DNA from: Phyllobates terribilis
Taxonomy: Eukaryota
DNA length: 64,000 bases
NCBI RefSeq assembly: GCF_046119375.1
Contig: NW_027362768.1
Coordinates: 90,272,001-90,336,000 of the forward strand
Direction: 5' to 3'
The notes below the pieces were generated by a model. That model was not told the DNA's origin. It did not search any database and was given only the letters and a program-made list of their open reading frames with translations. Below, piece by piece: positions 35,487 to 49,095 of the stretch. Made by a program: the position numbers and the translations under genes. Position 1 is the stretch's first letter, and each line of letters begins with the position of its first letter.

Positions 35487-38149
35487 ACCAGAGAATCCTC
35501 TGGTGTGCCTTGGCTTCTACCTCAGGAGAGTTCAGGATAGCGCTAACTTTGCAGCTGCAATGGGGCTCTTGAGCGGGGGAGAAAGGTTAGCCCTCAGAAT
35601 CAAATCCTCTGGTGGGCACAATGTTTTTCAATCTGAAACAGCTTCTCAGTGGGAGTTGTATTTCACCACAGCCATATTCTTTTGCTCGGTGAAAGGACCG
35701 GCATAGAGGGAAACCGTATGTACCCTGGCTGTCATTTCTCCGTCACCAGGTTCTGCCCATTGTCACACACGACCATGCCTGGCTGTATGTTCAGCGGTGA
35801 GAGCCACAGATCAGGCTGCTGTGTTACAGCTTTCAACAACTCTGCAGCGCTGGGCGGTTCGTCAATTAAGCATTAAGCATGTTATCTTCAGCACAGCCTG
35901 TTGCTGCTTGGCCAAGGCAGTGCTGCAGTGCTGTCAGCTTGTGACTGATGTGGTAATTTCGGAGATGGAGGAGGAGATTCATGAGCTGAACAATGTGATT
36001 ACATTGTTGTTAAATTGGTGACGCTGTTTTTTATACTAAAGAAAGATCCTATTGTTTTGGTTTTTTTACATTTTTTTTTAAGACAAATGCATTCACCGGG
36101 AAATGTCATTTTAACATTTTACAACCTTAGCTGGCAATGTGGTGTGTGACACATCATTAGATACTTCCTGTTTTATTTATGATGGAGGGACTCTGAAAGT
36201 CATAAAGCCTATTTTTATAGAGACATCAGACGGCCCTTACTATTCTTAAAAGGCCAGCAGTCGGCCCTAGCTATTGTTAGAGAGCCATCAGCCGGCTATG
36301 CTTTGTTGTTCCCATTATTAACAAGTGGGTCTCCTATACTGTTATTGCGTATCCAGTGACTGCAAGGGCTGCCAAAAATTTGGACGCAACCCAATACCCC
36401 TTTGAAGAGACATAGAAGAGGGTCTCAGTAAAAAAAATGTTCCCATTATAAAGGAGCGGGTCTCCTATAATGGTAATGCCCATGCTGTGACTCCAAGGGC
36501 TGCCAAAATTTGGGAAAAACCCCACTAAGAATTTAAAGACACATATAGCAGGGCCCCACAGTAACAAGGTATGACATTCCCATTAGAAAGGAGAGGGTCT
36601 GCTATATAGTTATAGGGTATGCAGTGAGTCCAATGGCTGACAATTTTAGAAAAAACCCCACTAAGAATTTGAAGATGCATAGAACAGGGCCACAGTAACG
36701 ACAAATTCCCATTAGAAAGGAGAGAGTCTTCCATAGTGTTGGCCTATGCAGTGAATGCAAGGGCTGCCAAAAATTTGGAGGCACTTCATTGCCCCTTGGA
36801 AGAGACGTGGGGGAGGGCTTCATAAAAAAAATGTTCCCATTAGAAAGGAGCTGGCCTCCTATACTTGTAATGCCCATGCACTAAGTGTTTGGGCTGACAA
36901 ACATTTACCCCTGGGGGGTATACGTGAACATAGTGTATAATTTTTTTTTTTTTTACGGGCATCATAAACACCCTTTAAAAAAATTAGGTGGGTGTTGCAT
37001 CACGGACCACAGTCACCCTGGTGATATGGTGGTGGAGGATGAGGAGAAGATGGAGGACAAGAGCAAATAGCCAAAATCAGGAAGCGTATACCCATGTGTG
37101 GGTGTGAAAAGGTGCATGGGAATACACCTCCCAAGAAAAGACACTGGATTCGAGTTTATGTTACGCTGCTATTTTGTCACCCCAGGCCTGGATGCCACAA
37201 ACTTGTAAGGCTGTGTCTGAGAGCAGGAGGGAGGTTCTCTGGTCATTGACCATTTGCATGCAGCACTTCCTGTCCCAGGCCAGTAGGGGGAGCAGGCTGC
37301 CCCTATAAAAACTGGTACTGAGGGCAGGGTTAGGGAGACCAGGACCCACTTCTGAAGCATCCAGAAGGGTTCCCAGAAGAGAGGGACAGGTCAGCCGCAG
37401 CTGAGGAGTCCAGGAGGCAAAGGAGGAACAGAAAGCCAGGGACAGAGGCGACAAGAGCTGGTCCTGGCAGAGAGAGACTACACAACCGGACACTGGGGTC
37501 CAAGGCTGTCAGGGTTGCAAGCCCTGCAGCAGTTAACCAACCCGCAAGGGATTTCAGGTCCCTTGGCCAAGAAGCCTGGAGGCTCCGCCACACAGAGGGA
37601 CCGGTACAGAACGGAGAAGCTACAGGTACCTAAGGCCCGAGTCGCAAGCCATACAGGCGTAGTACACGGCAAGGTCAGGGACGTGGGCTATCATACCACT
37701 AAAGGGGGAGATAGTCAGCAAGGGCAGAGAGAGAACGGTAGGCCTACCCACTCACCCTGACCAGCGGAGCTCGCCCTCAGACACCCAGGTCCATTCCTAC
37801 CCTGTACTCCTGGTGGGTCTGTGATAAGATCTGCAGTAAAAGACCCTGGACTGCATTATTGGACTCTGTGTGGTTACTGCTGCGCCTGCCCTGAGGCTAC
37901 ACTCGTCCCGTGGGGAGTTGTACTATTCCCTGCTGCATCCCCAACACCAGCCTCAGCGGTCTGCCTTGCAGCGGCGGTCCTCCCTGACCGCAATCCATGG
38001 GTGGCGTAGTCGGACATTACCTAAAACATATAAAAGACTGCCACTGGTCTGACCACCCTGAGCCACGGGACCAGGTCGCCACTACTACTCCCAGCATTGC
38101 CCTGAGGTCCGGTCCCGAGTGCCCCACGGCCCAGGGGGCGAGTCAGCTT

Positions 38150-38168
38150 TGGCGTAGTCGGCAGGATT
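38150..38168 (+). promoter_or_regulatory. Primer binding site complementary to the tRNA-Ser 3' end
   Basis: TGGCGTAGTCGGCAGGATT is the reverse complement of ..AATCCTGCCGACTACGCCA, the vertebrate tRNA-Ser 3' end as recalled from the human sequence. Confidence 0.85.
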
Positions 38169-38233
38169 GTGACCAACCCGCCACAAACGGGTACTGCGTG
38201 CCTGAAAAAGACTGTACACGTACCTTAAAAAGA

Positions 38234-38362
38234 AGTTTCCCGCCATCCGGAGCCGTTTCCCGTCATTTTCAGCCGTCTCCCGCCATCTTCAGCAGTTTCC
38301 CGCCATCTTCAGCTGTTTTTCCGCCATCTTCAGCCGTTTTCCCGCCATCGGAAGCCATCTTC
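38234..38362. repeat. ~21-bp tandem repeat in the Gypsy 5' leader
   Basis: About six copies of GTTTCCCGCCATCTTCAGCC variants. Confidence 0.8.
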
Positions 38363-38587
38363 AGGACGCCGCGCGGGAAGAAGAGGTGCGTGGACGTCCA
38401 AAGCGCGCGAGACTTGAAGCCCCGCCCTTCGCACCGACGCTGCACAAGGTCCTGGAAGGGAGAGAGAGCGACGCTGACGTCACCAGGACGCGACGCAAGG
38501 TCCTCACACGGAGCAGCACCAGCGGAGCCGCGGCCTACAGAAGAGGATCGTCGGAAGGTAGGCCACGCTTAACTAGGGGGGAGGAAG

Positions 38588-39580
38588 ATGACGGACACGG
38601 AGGGGTCTTCTACAACCAGCGGGGCTGCAGCAGCGGTGATGCCGTTCTCTATGCCCTACATCCCCGGAGCAGCCTGGCTACCCCAATACTCAGGGGACCC
38701 CCATACCTTAACTGACTTGAGGGAAAGACTGCACAGTTTATTCAAAGTTTATCCCCTGACAGAAGAACAGAAAGTGAGCATTCTGACGGGGCAGCTCACT
38801 GGTGCAGCCCAGCGGGAAGTGAAATCATGGTCAGATGAGGAGAAAAGGACAGTAAAGGACATTCTGACCCGGCTGCGGAGTATCTTTGATACCCGTACCT
38901 CAGCAGAAATCAAAATGCGGTTCTATGGCTGTAAGCAGCAGGCCCAGGATAGTATCAGAGACTATGCCTTGAACCTGCAAGAAGCCCTGAGAGCTATCAA
39001 ACAAGCTGACCCTGGTAGCATGCAGGACTCTGATAAACTGTTGACTGACCAGTTCATAGAAGTTCTGCTGTCCAACGCCCACAGAACCCAGCTGCGCCTC
39101 ATGGCCCTACAGAACCCCCATTTGACTTTTGCGCAGTTCAAGGATCGTGCCATCCGGGTGCTCAGAGAACCCGCAGCAGGTGGCGCTGTAGCTTCCCGGC
39201 GCCCTGCCATCACTTACCACCAGGGGGCAGCGCCCTACCCCGCAGACCTTGTGGGGGCTGATGCACAGGCCCTAAATCCATCCCAGCCTGCAGACCCGCA
39301 CCATCAGTTCCAGGAGCTAACAAAGAGTGTGGCCGCATTTACCAGGACCGTACAGTCGTTGCAGGTGGAACCGTCAAGACCAATTGAGCTGGCTTCCAGT
39401 CCGGAGGATGTCCCGTGGCGTCGACAGAGGAGGATCCCGCCGTTCAGAGGGAGGCCCGCCGACCGCTACACTGAGGATGGACAGCCGATTTTCCGCCGTT
39501 GCAGTCAGCCAGGACACATAGCAAGATACTGTACTTTAAATGGGTCCGACCTGGGGCAGAGGGCCAACCCCCAGGCATAA
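38588..39580 (+). CDS. gag: Gypsy Gag (330 aa)
   Basis: Position after the PBS and leader. C-terminal knuckle RRCSQPGHIARYC, with the first Cys lost. Confidence 0.8.
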   Translation: MTDTEGSSTTSGAAAAVMPFSMPYIPGAAWLPQYSGDPHTLTDLRERLHSLFKVYPLTEEQKVSILTGQLTGAAQREVKSWSDEEKRTVKDILTRLRSIFDTRTSAEIKMRFYGCKQQAQDSIRDYALNLQEALRAIKQADPGSMQDSDKLLTDQFIEVLLSNAHRTQLRLMALQNPHLTFAQFKDRAIRVLREPAAGGAVASRRPAITYHQGAAPYPADLVGADAQALNPSQPADPHHQFQELTKSVAAFTRTVQSLQVEPSRPIELASSPEDVPWRRQRRIPPFRGRPADRYTEDGQPIFRRCSQPGHIARYCTLNGSDLGQRANPQA

Positions 39581-42500
39581 GGTCATCAGGCCCGTCTAAT
39601 TGGCGTGATAAGTATGTGGGGGGATGCCCGGTCTTACCCATTGTGATCATTGTGGACATTGACCGTTGCGAAAGTCACCCTAAAATAACTGTGGGTAGTA
39701 ATGTAATTGAAAACTGTCTTTCAGAAGTAATTGTGATTTTACAGCAGGTGGCGATGAATGCGAGCTCCAGGCAACAGAGGGTCCTCCAGGAAGAGATAAG
39801 AGCCCTGATGAGACAGCAGCAGGTAGAACTGTCTGGTGGTGAGATCGGTAGTGTAAGAATGAGTGACCCATTCCCCATTTCCATGCCTCCCAAAAGTGAA
39901 ATGATGATCTGGTGTCGGACTGCAATCGGGTTGAGCGGCAGAGACTACCAAGCCATGGTAGAACCAGTGTACTCAGACAGCAGGCCCACCATTTTGACAG
40001 CCCGGGGGGTGGTTGATGTCCGTCATGGGAGGGTGCCTGTTCGCATTCTCAATATTGGGGAGAGGGAGGTACACTTACCCAGGTACGCTACACTTGCCAA
40101 ACTGTTCGCTGTTGAGCACAAAGCTATCAGGGCCGTGTAGCCGTTGCCTCCATCTCCACAGGCGGAGGGTAATGGCTCCCAGAAACAAAAGGAGGACTGC
40201 TGCCAGAAACTCCATGTGGGTGCTGACTCCACTCCCCTGCACCAAAACCAAGGAGTCTACCGGGTGGTTCAGGAGTACGAGAGAATCTTTAGTAAGCACC
40301 CGCTAGACTTCAGCAGAGTAAAAGGGATAGAACACCATATCCCCATGGGGAGCCACCCATCAATAAAAGAGAGACACAGGCCTGTACCCCCTGCACATTA
40401 TCAGAACGCCAAAGGTATGCTGAGAGAGATGAAAGAAGCTGGGGTCATTAGAGATAGCTGTAGCCCCTGGGCAGCTCCCTTGGTTTTGGTAAAAAAGAAA
40501 GACGGTACCATGAGAATGTGCGTGGACTATAGACAAATCAATCGTATCACCCATAAGGATGCGTACCCATTACCTAGGATAGAGGAGTCTTTAGCAGCTC
40601 TAAAATCAGCTAATTTCTTCTCTACTTTGGACCTTACTAGCGGATACTGGCAGGTTCCTGTGGCAGAGGCTGACAAGGAGAAGACCGCCTTCACCACCCC
40701 GATGGGACTGAGTGAGTTCAACTGTATGCCCTTCGGGCTCTGCAACGCACCAGGGACCTTCCAGAGGCTGATGGAATGCTGTCTAGGGCACCGAAACTTC
40801 GAGACGGTCCTCCTTTACCTGGACGACGTGATCGTCTATTCGAAGACTTACGAGGACCATCTAAAGCACCTGGCCGAGGTGTTCGAAGCCCTGGCAGGCT
40901 ACGGCCTGAAAGTGAAGCCTTCAAAGTGCCACCTGTTAAAACCGAAGGTCCAATACCTAGGACACGTGGTGAGTGCAGAGGGAGTAGCCCCCGACCCCGA
41001 CAAAGTTACAGCCATCAAGAGCTGGCCAATCCCCTCTAACATCAAGGAAGTGAGGCAATTCCTCGGGTTGGTAGGCTACTACCGAAGGTTCATCCCCAGC
41101 TTCACTAAGATGGCTGCCCCTATGCAGGACCTCCTGATAGGGCAATGTAAATCCAGAAGTCACAAGCCACCCTTCAAGTGGGACAAGCCGGAAGAGGAAT
41201 CCTTCCGCAAGTTGAAGATGGCCCTCACGGGGGTATGAGGTCCTGGCCTACCCCGATTATGGCCAGCCTTTTATCCTCCACACAGATGCCAGTAATGTGG
41301 GGCTGGGAGCCATACTGTCACAGAACCAACAGGGCAGAGAAATGGTGATCGCATATGCCAGTCGGAAGCTGAGGCCCACTGAAAGGAACCCGGAGAACTA
41401 CAGCTCCTTCAAGCTAGAATTCTTGGCAGTGGTATGGGCCGTCACAGAGCGGTTTAAGCATTACCTGGCCTCCGCAAAGTTCACCGTGTACATGGACAGC
41501 AACCTGTTGACACATCTGGACAATGCAAGACTAGGTGCCCTAGAACAGCGGTGGATGGCCCGGCTATCCAATTATGACTTCACAATCAAATACCGGGCGG
41601 GCAGAACCAACACCAACGCAGATGCCCTATCAAGAATGCCCCACCTACCTGAAGGAGAAGACGACTCGGAAGAGCTGGAGGAAATAGAGCTCCCTGCGTT
41701 CCACCGGTATGGGGCCACTCAGCATTCTCACCGGGAAAGAGACAAAGACTTAACCACTGTCATGTTCAACCCCTTACCCCACCAGGGCTGGGCTGAAACG
41801 CAAGATTGTGACCCTGCAATACGCCTGGTGAAAGACATGTTAACCCAGGAAGACGCTAACCCTGGCCCGGACGCTCCAGAGGAAGCCAAGCAGATATGGA
41901 AGGAGAAATGCAGGCTATTCCTCTACGAGAGTAAGCTGTGCAGAAGGCTTGTCAACCACCGGACGCACGAGCTGACCTGGCAGATAGTGGTCCCAAGGCG
42001 AGATGTAGCAATGGTCCTGGAGGTTACCATGACAGAGCGGGACACTTCGGGTGGAAGAAACTGGAGTTCCTACTGAGAGAGCGGTTCTACTGGGTCGGCA
42101 TGAGAAGGGCCATCGAGAAGTGGAGCAGGGACTGCGGCCCATGTCACCTCAGAAGGAAGGACCGTACCAGCCAGCAGACACCCTTGAGGCCCATCGTCAC
42201 CAGGCAGCCTCTTGAGCTGGTAGCTCTGGACCATGTGAAATTGGCTCCAAGCCGGTCGGGCTACGTCTATGCCCTGACAATTGTGGACCATTACTCCCGG
42301 TTCCTGGTGGTGGTTCCTGTTAAAGACCTGACAGCCCAAACAGCGGCCAGAGCCTTCCAGCAACACTTCTGCCGTCCACATGGGTATCCGGAACAAGTCT
42401 TGACAGATCAAGGTCCAGCGTTTGAGGCTGAAGTATTCCAGGAGTTCTGCAACCTCTACGGCTGTAGGAAGATTCGGACAACGCCTTACCACCCGCAAAC

Positions 42501-43309
42501 CAGAGAAAATGAACAATATCGTCATTGATCTCCTCAAGACGTTACCCCTGGAAGAACGCAGCCTGTGGCCGGAGAAGCTGCCAGATCTGATTGACTTGTA
42601 CAACCACATCCCGGTGAATGCTACAAATTGCACCCCGGCTTACCTGATGCGAGCAAGACCAGGTAAGCTGCTGATCGACCTGGAGATGGGAGTCCTGACA
42701 CCCGAGGACACCTCCCCAGATGTGGACTGGGATACGGAACGGCGGCTACAGTACAAGAAGGTACAGGAGAGTGGGGAGAGGAGTCTGGCTCAAGCGAGAG
42801 AAAAGCAAGAGAGGCTCTTCAACCAACACGCTCCTGCTGGTCCCCTGGAACCTGGTGAGCAGGTTCTGAAGCGGAAGAGAAGGTTACACAAGCTGGATGA
42901 CCAGTGGGAGAGAGACCCGTACACAGTACTGCAGTCCGACCATGACAACCTGAAGGTATGTGTGATTACCAAGGATGGAGGAGAAACCACTAGCACCGTC
43001 TCAAGAGACCACCTAAAACGGTGCCCCGAGCAACTACAGAGTCCAAGTGAAGATCAAGATGACCTTGAACCCGCAGAGGACAAGGAAGAGATGATCAGCA
43101 CAGTTCTCGGAGAGTTCCCCCGGACCTGGACTCAGATAAATGGCGCAATAGTGGTACCTGTCCTACACTTCCTTCAGCCTACCCAGCAGGAGCCTACAGG
43201 AGGACAGGAAGAACAAGAAGAGCAAGTGGCCCAGAGGCGGAAGAACCCACGCCAGCAGCCCAGGATAGTCAACCCTCTGCTGACAGTGAGCCTGCCATGC
43301 CTGCGGTAA
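39581..43309 (+). pseudogene. pol: Gypsy pol (RT, RNase H, integrase) with stops and frameshifts; no protease DTG motif
   Basis: SPWAAPLVLV, CVDYR, LDLTSGYWQ, MPFGLCNAPGTFQR, YLDD, TDAS, LEFLAVVW, VALDH, LTDQGPAFE. Confidence 0.92.
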
Positions 43310-44945
43310 GCCAAAGGACCCGCAGACAGCTGCCTGCCCTGCCTGTATGCCCAGCTGGTAGCTGTACCCTCAATGATAGTGGGGAAAGCCAGGTTGGTCC
43401 ACCACCAGACAGTGGGTTAAGGAGGTCAACCAGGAGCACTAGGGGTCAAACACCAGCTCGCTGGAGGATATAGGTACAAGATCTAAATGTACCATGTATA
43501 TATTTAATATGTTTGTTACCTGTAACTAATAGTGTTTTCTCCAGTTTGTCTAGATATATGGACTGACAGGTTATGAACTTTGGATAACCGGAACTACATT
43601 GTAAATAGTTGCACTTGGTGCCTCTTGCGAAGACGGCCACGGAAGAAAAACCTGTCTGGCGTGGTCCCGAGTGGTCCAAAGTAGTTTGCTTCGCCTTGCA
43701 GCCATGCCCAGGGCCAACGTTTGGGGTTTGCTTTGGACAGGTCCCCGCACCGGTTGAGACTTCGCCTTATTGGGTGAAATGGACACCCGGTCACAGGCCA
43801 TACTGTGACCTAAAGAACTCAATATGTGGTGTGTTTGTTTGTTATTTCTTTCTCTGTTGTGTTTATGTTATAATTTATACCCTGTATCGTGTTTCTTGTT
43901 TAGTCCCGGGGTACTAAGCTTTCCTAGGGGGGAATGTGTCACCCCAGGCCTGGATGCCACAAACTTGTAAGGCTGTGTCTGAGAGCAGGAGGGAGGTTCT
44001 CTGGTCATGGACCATTTGCATGCAGCACCTCCTGTCCCAGGCCAGTAGGGGAAGCAGGCTGCCCCTATAAAAACTGGTACTGAGGGCAGGGTTAGGGAGA
44101 CCAAGACCCACTTCTGAAGCATCCAGAAGGGTTCCCAGAAGAGAGGGACAGGTCAGCCGCAGCTGAGGAGTCCAGGAGGCAAAGGAGGAACAGAAAGCCA
44201 GGGACAGAGGTGACGAGAGCTGGTCCTGGCAGAGAGAGACTACACAACCGGACACTGGGGTCCGAGGCTGTCAGGGTTGCAAGCCCTGCAGCAGATAACC
44301 AACCCGCAAGGGATTTCAGGTCCCTTGGCCAAGAAGCCTGGAGGCTCCGCCACACAGAGGGACCGGTACAGCACGGAGAAGCTACAGGTACCTAAGGCCC
44401 GAGTCCCAAGCCATACAGGCGTAGTACACGGCAAGCTCAGGGACGTGGGCTATCATACCACTAAAGGGGGAGATAGTCAGCAAGGGCAGAGAGAGAACGG
44501 TAGGCCTACCCTCTCACCCTGACCAGCGGAGCTCGCCCGAATGCCCTCAGACACCCAGGTCCATTCCTACCCTGTACTCCTGGTGGGTCTGTGATAAGAT
44601 CTGCAGTAAAAGATCCTGGACTGCATTATTGGACTTTGTGTGGGTACTGCTGCGCCTGCACCATCACCCCCAGCATCCTATTACACTGCCCTGAGGCTAC
44701 ACTCCTCCCGTGGGGAGTTGTACTATTCCCTGCTGCATCCCCAACACCAGCCTCAGCGGTCTGCCTTGCAGCGGCGGTCCTCCCTGGCAGCAATCCACAG
44801 GTGGCGTAGTCGGACATTACCTAAAACATATAAAAGACTGCCACTGGTCTGACCATCCTGAGCCACGGGACCGGGTCGCCACTACTTCTCCCAGCATTGC
44901 CCTGAAGTCCGGTGCCAAGTGCCCCACGGCCCAGGGGGCGAGTCA

Positions 44946-47900
44946 CTATCATTCGGTGGTGTTGAGAAGTCTGGCCCAATCCAGCCCTTGTACATTTTTA
45001 TAAGAGTCAGCCTGTCAGCATTTTCAGTTGACAGGCGGATGCGCTTATCAGTTCTAATTCCACCAGCGGTACTAAAAGCCCGCTCTGATAAAACGCTTGC
45101 GGCAGGGCAGGCCAGGACCTCCAAGGCATAGAGAGCCAGTTCATTCCACGTATCCAGCTTGGATACCCAATAATTATAAGACACAGTGGAATCACGGAGG
45201 ACGTTGGTACGGTCGCAGTGTACTCCCTCAGCATCTTCCCAAACTTTGCTCTCCTCGTGAGAGTACCCCGCGCCTCAGGGTCCGATGGGAGGGTCTGAGA
45301 AAACTCTCCTAGAACTTTGACAGTGTTCCCCTGCCTCTGCTGGATTGAAGTTGTGTCTCTCACACCTGTACTCCTTGGTTGTCCAACGAAGTGTGCCCTC
45401 TGCCGCCAGAGTTTTCAAATGGGAATTTTTTTAATAGTTCCGCAACAAGGGCCTTCTGGTACAGCCCTATTTTTGTAGACCTGTCCGCCTCAGGAATAAG
45501 AGATATAAAGTTCTCCTTGTAGCGTGGCTCTAGAAGTGTAACCAACCAGTAATGACTGTCACCCAAAATTTTGAGAATGCGAGGGTCATGGGAAAGGCAG
45601 CGTAACATAAACTCGGCCATGCGTGCTAGACTACTAACAGGCAAGACTTCCGTGTCCTCACCAAGAGGATGACTGACCATGCTCTCCTCCTCCTCCTCTC
45701 TATCCTCTGGCCATCCACTCTGAACAGACGGTATGACAGCTGTGCAGGTAGTACCATCTATAGTGCATGAAACTAGCTCCTGTCCTTCCTCCTCCTCCTC
45801 CTCTTCATCATTGTCACCCAATACACGTTGGGATGAGATAAGGCTTGGCTGTGTGTAATCACCCTGTATGGTTCCTTTCTCCATCTCATCGTGCTCCGCC
45901 TGCAATGCATCCTCTTTGATTGTGAGCAGAGAGCATTTCAGAAGACAGAGAAGCGGGATGGTGACTCTAATTATGGCGTCATCGCCGCTCACCATCTTGG
46001 TGGAGTCCTCAACGTTTTGGAGGATAGTAAATATGTCTGACATCCATGTCTACTCCTCAGGTCTTATGTGTGGAGTCTGAACAGAATATCGACGGCCTTG
46101 TTGATGCTGGTAGTCAACAACTGCCCTTTTCTGCTCACAAATCCTTCCCAACATCTGCAGTGTAGAGTTCCAACGCATGGGGATATCACACACCAGTCTG
46201 TGAGCCGGAAGCTGCAAATGCTGCTGAAACACTGCAAGGGCGGCGGAAGCTGTAGTTGACTTTCTAAAATGGGCACACAGGCGGCGTACTTTAACAAGCA
46301 GATCTGGCAGCTCTGGGTAGGATTTGAGAAACCGCTGAACCACAAGGTTAAGCACATGGGCCAGGCATGGTACGTGTGTGAGCTCCCCTCGCCTCAGAGC
46401 CGCCACAAGGCTCCGGCCATTGTCACACACGACCATGCCTGGCTGTAGGTTCAGCGGTGTGAGCCACAGATCTGCCTGCTCTTTCAGAGCTGTTCACAAC
46501 TCTTCAGCATTGTGCGTTTTTTCACCTAAGCATATTAGCTTCAGCACAGCCTGTTGCCGCTTGGCCGAGGCAGTGCTGCAGTGCTTTCAGCTTGTGACTG
46601 ATGTGGTCATTTCGGAGATGGAGGTTGAAGAGGAGGAGGAGGCTGAGGAGGATGAGGTGCAGGAGCTGTAGACCGTGGGGGCAACCCTGATAGACCAATC
46701 CTTGGCGTCGGGAGGATGTGTTCCGTCCCAAGGTCCGACTGGGTCCCGGCTTCCACTATGTTAACCCAGTGTGCCGTCAGCGAGATGTACCGTCCCTGCC
46801 CACAAGCACTTTTCCACGTGTCCGTGGTTAGGTGGACTTTACCGGTAGCTATGTTGTTGAGAGCGCGGCTAATGTTTTGGGACATGTGATTGTGTAATGC
46901 GGGGACGGCACACCGGGAGAAATAGTGGCGGCTGGGGACGGAGTACCAAGGGACGGCCGCCGCCGTCAGGTTGCAGAATGCTTCCGTCTCCACGAGCCTA
47001 AAAGGCAACATTTCGAGCGCAAGCAGTCGTGAAATGTGAGAATTTAGTAGTGTGGCCTGTGGGGCGTTGGCTGCATATTTGTGCTTGCGTTCCAAGGACT
47101 GGGGTATGGACAACTGAACGCTGCGCTGGGACAAGGACATGGACTTGCTTCCTGATGCTGCTACTTGAGAGTGTGCAACAACAGGTGCAGGGCAGGAGGC
47201 ATCTTCTCATGCACCATGGACAGGGGATTGGCTTGCATGCATAACAGTTTAAGACGCAATGGTGCCACCAGCAGACACTGTTCCTGGACCCTGGGGTTCG
47301 GCCCACAAAGTCGGGTATTTTGCTGCCATGTGCCTGATCATGTTGGTGATGGTCAGGCTGGTCGTTTTGCCACCCCTGCTGATGCTGGCCTGACAGGTCT
47401 TGCAAATGGCCTTTTTGGGGTTATCGGCAGAGTCTTTAAAAAACAACCAGACTCGGGAAGACCTAACTGTTGTACTGGCAACTTCCTTCGTGTTGGTGTT
47501 ACAGGGAACGGTTGCCTGCCTTCTGTCTGCGGCCACCACCCTGTTTCTTCCTGCCTGTTGGGGTGCTCTGCCTCCCTCCCCCTGTGTGCTGCTGTCCTCG
47601 CTCTGCATGTCCTCCTGCCAGGTTGGGTCAGTTACTATATCATCCACCACTTCGTCTTCCACTTTCTCACCCTGGTCCTCCTCCTGACTTTCTGGCAATT
47701 GTGTCTCATCATCGTCCACCTCTTGTGACACTTTCCCACTGTCGCCTTCGTGTGACGGTGTCTGCTCAAATATTTGGGCATCGCTACACGCGATCTCCTC
47801 TTGCCCCGCTACAAGTGGACCGGGCAAGAGGCCCGAATGTATAAATGGAAAAGTGAACAGCTCTTCAGAGTGTCCACGTGTGGGATCAGTTGTCTCTGGG

Positions 47901-48238
47901 TACTCGGCATGGTGGAAGGAAGGATTATCAGGGTGAGGTATATGCGGTCCAGACTCAAGGCTACTGAGACTTGACCGTGTGGAAGACAGGGTGGTGGTGG
48001 TGGTGGCTAAGTGATTGGAAACATTATCTGCTATCCAACCAACAACCTTTTGACACTGCTCTGGGTTCAATAGTGGTGTGCTGCTGTCCCCTAGAAATTG
48101 GGACAGGAAGGTCAGGCGAGAAGATGTGGGTGTTTGTTGTGGCACAATTTTGGCTTGCCCACGGCCTTGTCCTCGGCCTCTGCATGCACCATTACCATCA
48201 CGTCCAGTTTCCCGTCCCTTGCCACGTGCCTTGCCCAT
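44946..48238 (-). pseudogene. BED-finger hAT transposase of hAT2, frameshifted
   Basis: VWLFF..CKTC BED finger, HLTTDTW, VVCDNGRSL, CLAHVLNL, MRWNST and hATC ASVLSERAFS, spread over six ORF pieces. Confidence 0.92.
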
Positions 48239-48289
48239 TTTAAATGGAGGACAGTATCTTCCACGCTCACTACAAATGACTGAGTTTGG

Positions 48290-49095
48290 AGCGAACTTAT
48301 ATGTGATCCTTGTGACGGAGAAAACAGAGTTTTAAATACCTGGCCTGTAGGTAAGTAGTTTGAACAGCAATCTGGTGTCAATTGCTTCACTGACACACTG
48401 AAATTTTTTTTTAATGGAGGCCAGAAATGGCAGTATTTTCTGAAAATGTATATGTAATCCGTGTGATGGAGAAAAACAGTTTTAAATACCTGGCCTGTAG
48501 GTAACTGTTTTGAACAGCAAACCAGGGTCAAAAACTTTGCTGACACGCTGAAAAAAAAATTTAATGGAGGCCAGAAATGGCAGTATTTTCTGAGAACATA
48601 TATGTGAGCAGTGTGACAAAGAAAACACAGTTTTAAATACCTGGCCTGTAGGTAACTATTTTGAACAGCAAACCAGTGTTAAAAATTTGGCTGACACACT
48701 GAAAATTTTTTTTAATGGAGGCCAGAAATGGCAGTATTTTCTGACAACGTATATGTGATCCGTGTGACGGAGAAAACACAGTTTTAAATACCTGGCCTGT
48801 AGGTAACTATTCTGAACAGCAATCTGGTGTCAATTGCTTCACGGACACACTGAAAATTTTTTTTTAATGGAGGCCAGAAATGGCAGTATTTTCTGAAAAC
48901 ATATATGTAATCCGTGTGACGGAGAAAACACAGTTTTAAATACCTGGCCTGTAGGTAACTATTTTCAACAGCAAACCAGGGTCAAAAACTTTGCTGACAC
49001 ACTGAAAATTTTTTTTAATGGAGGCCAGAAATGGCAGTATTTTCTGAAAACGTATATGTGATCCGTTTGACGGAGAAAATACAGTTTTAAATAGA
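48290..49095. repeat. ~151-bp tandem array (~5.3 copies) upstream of the hAT2 ORF
   Basis: TTTAAATA recurs at 48331, 48481, 48632, 48783, 48935 and 49086. Confidence 0.92.

Larger units (their letters stand above)
37173..44945 (+). mobile_element. Full-length but defective Gypsy LTR retrotransposon
   Basis: LTRs at 37173-38145 and 43935-44945. 4-bp TSD CTAT. PBS, polypurine tract at 43926-43934 and gag-RT-RH-INT order. Confidence 0.95.
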
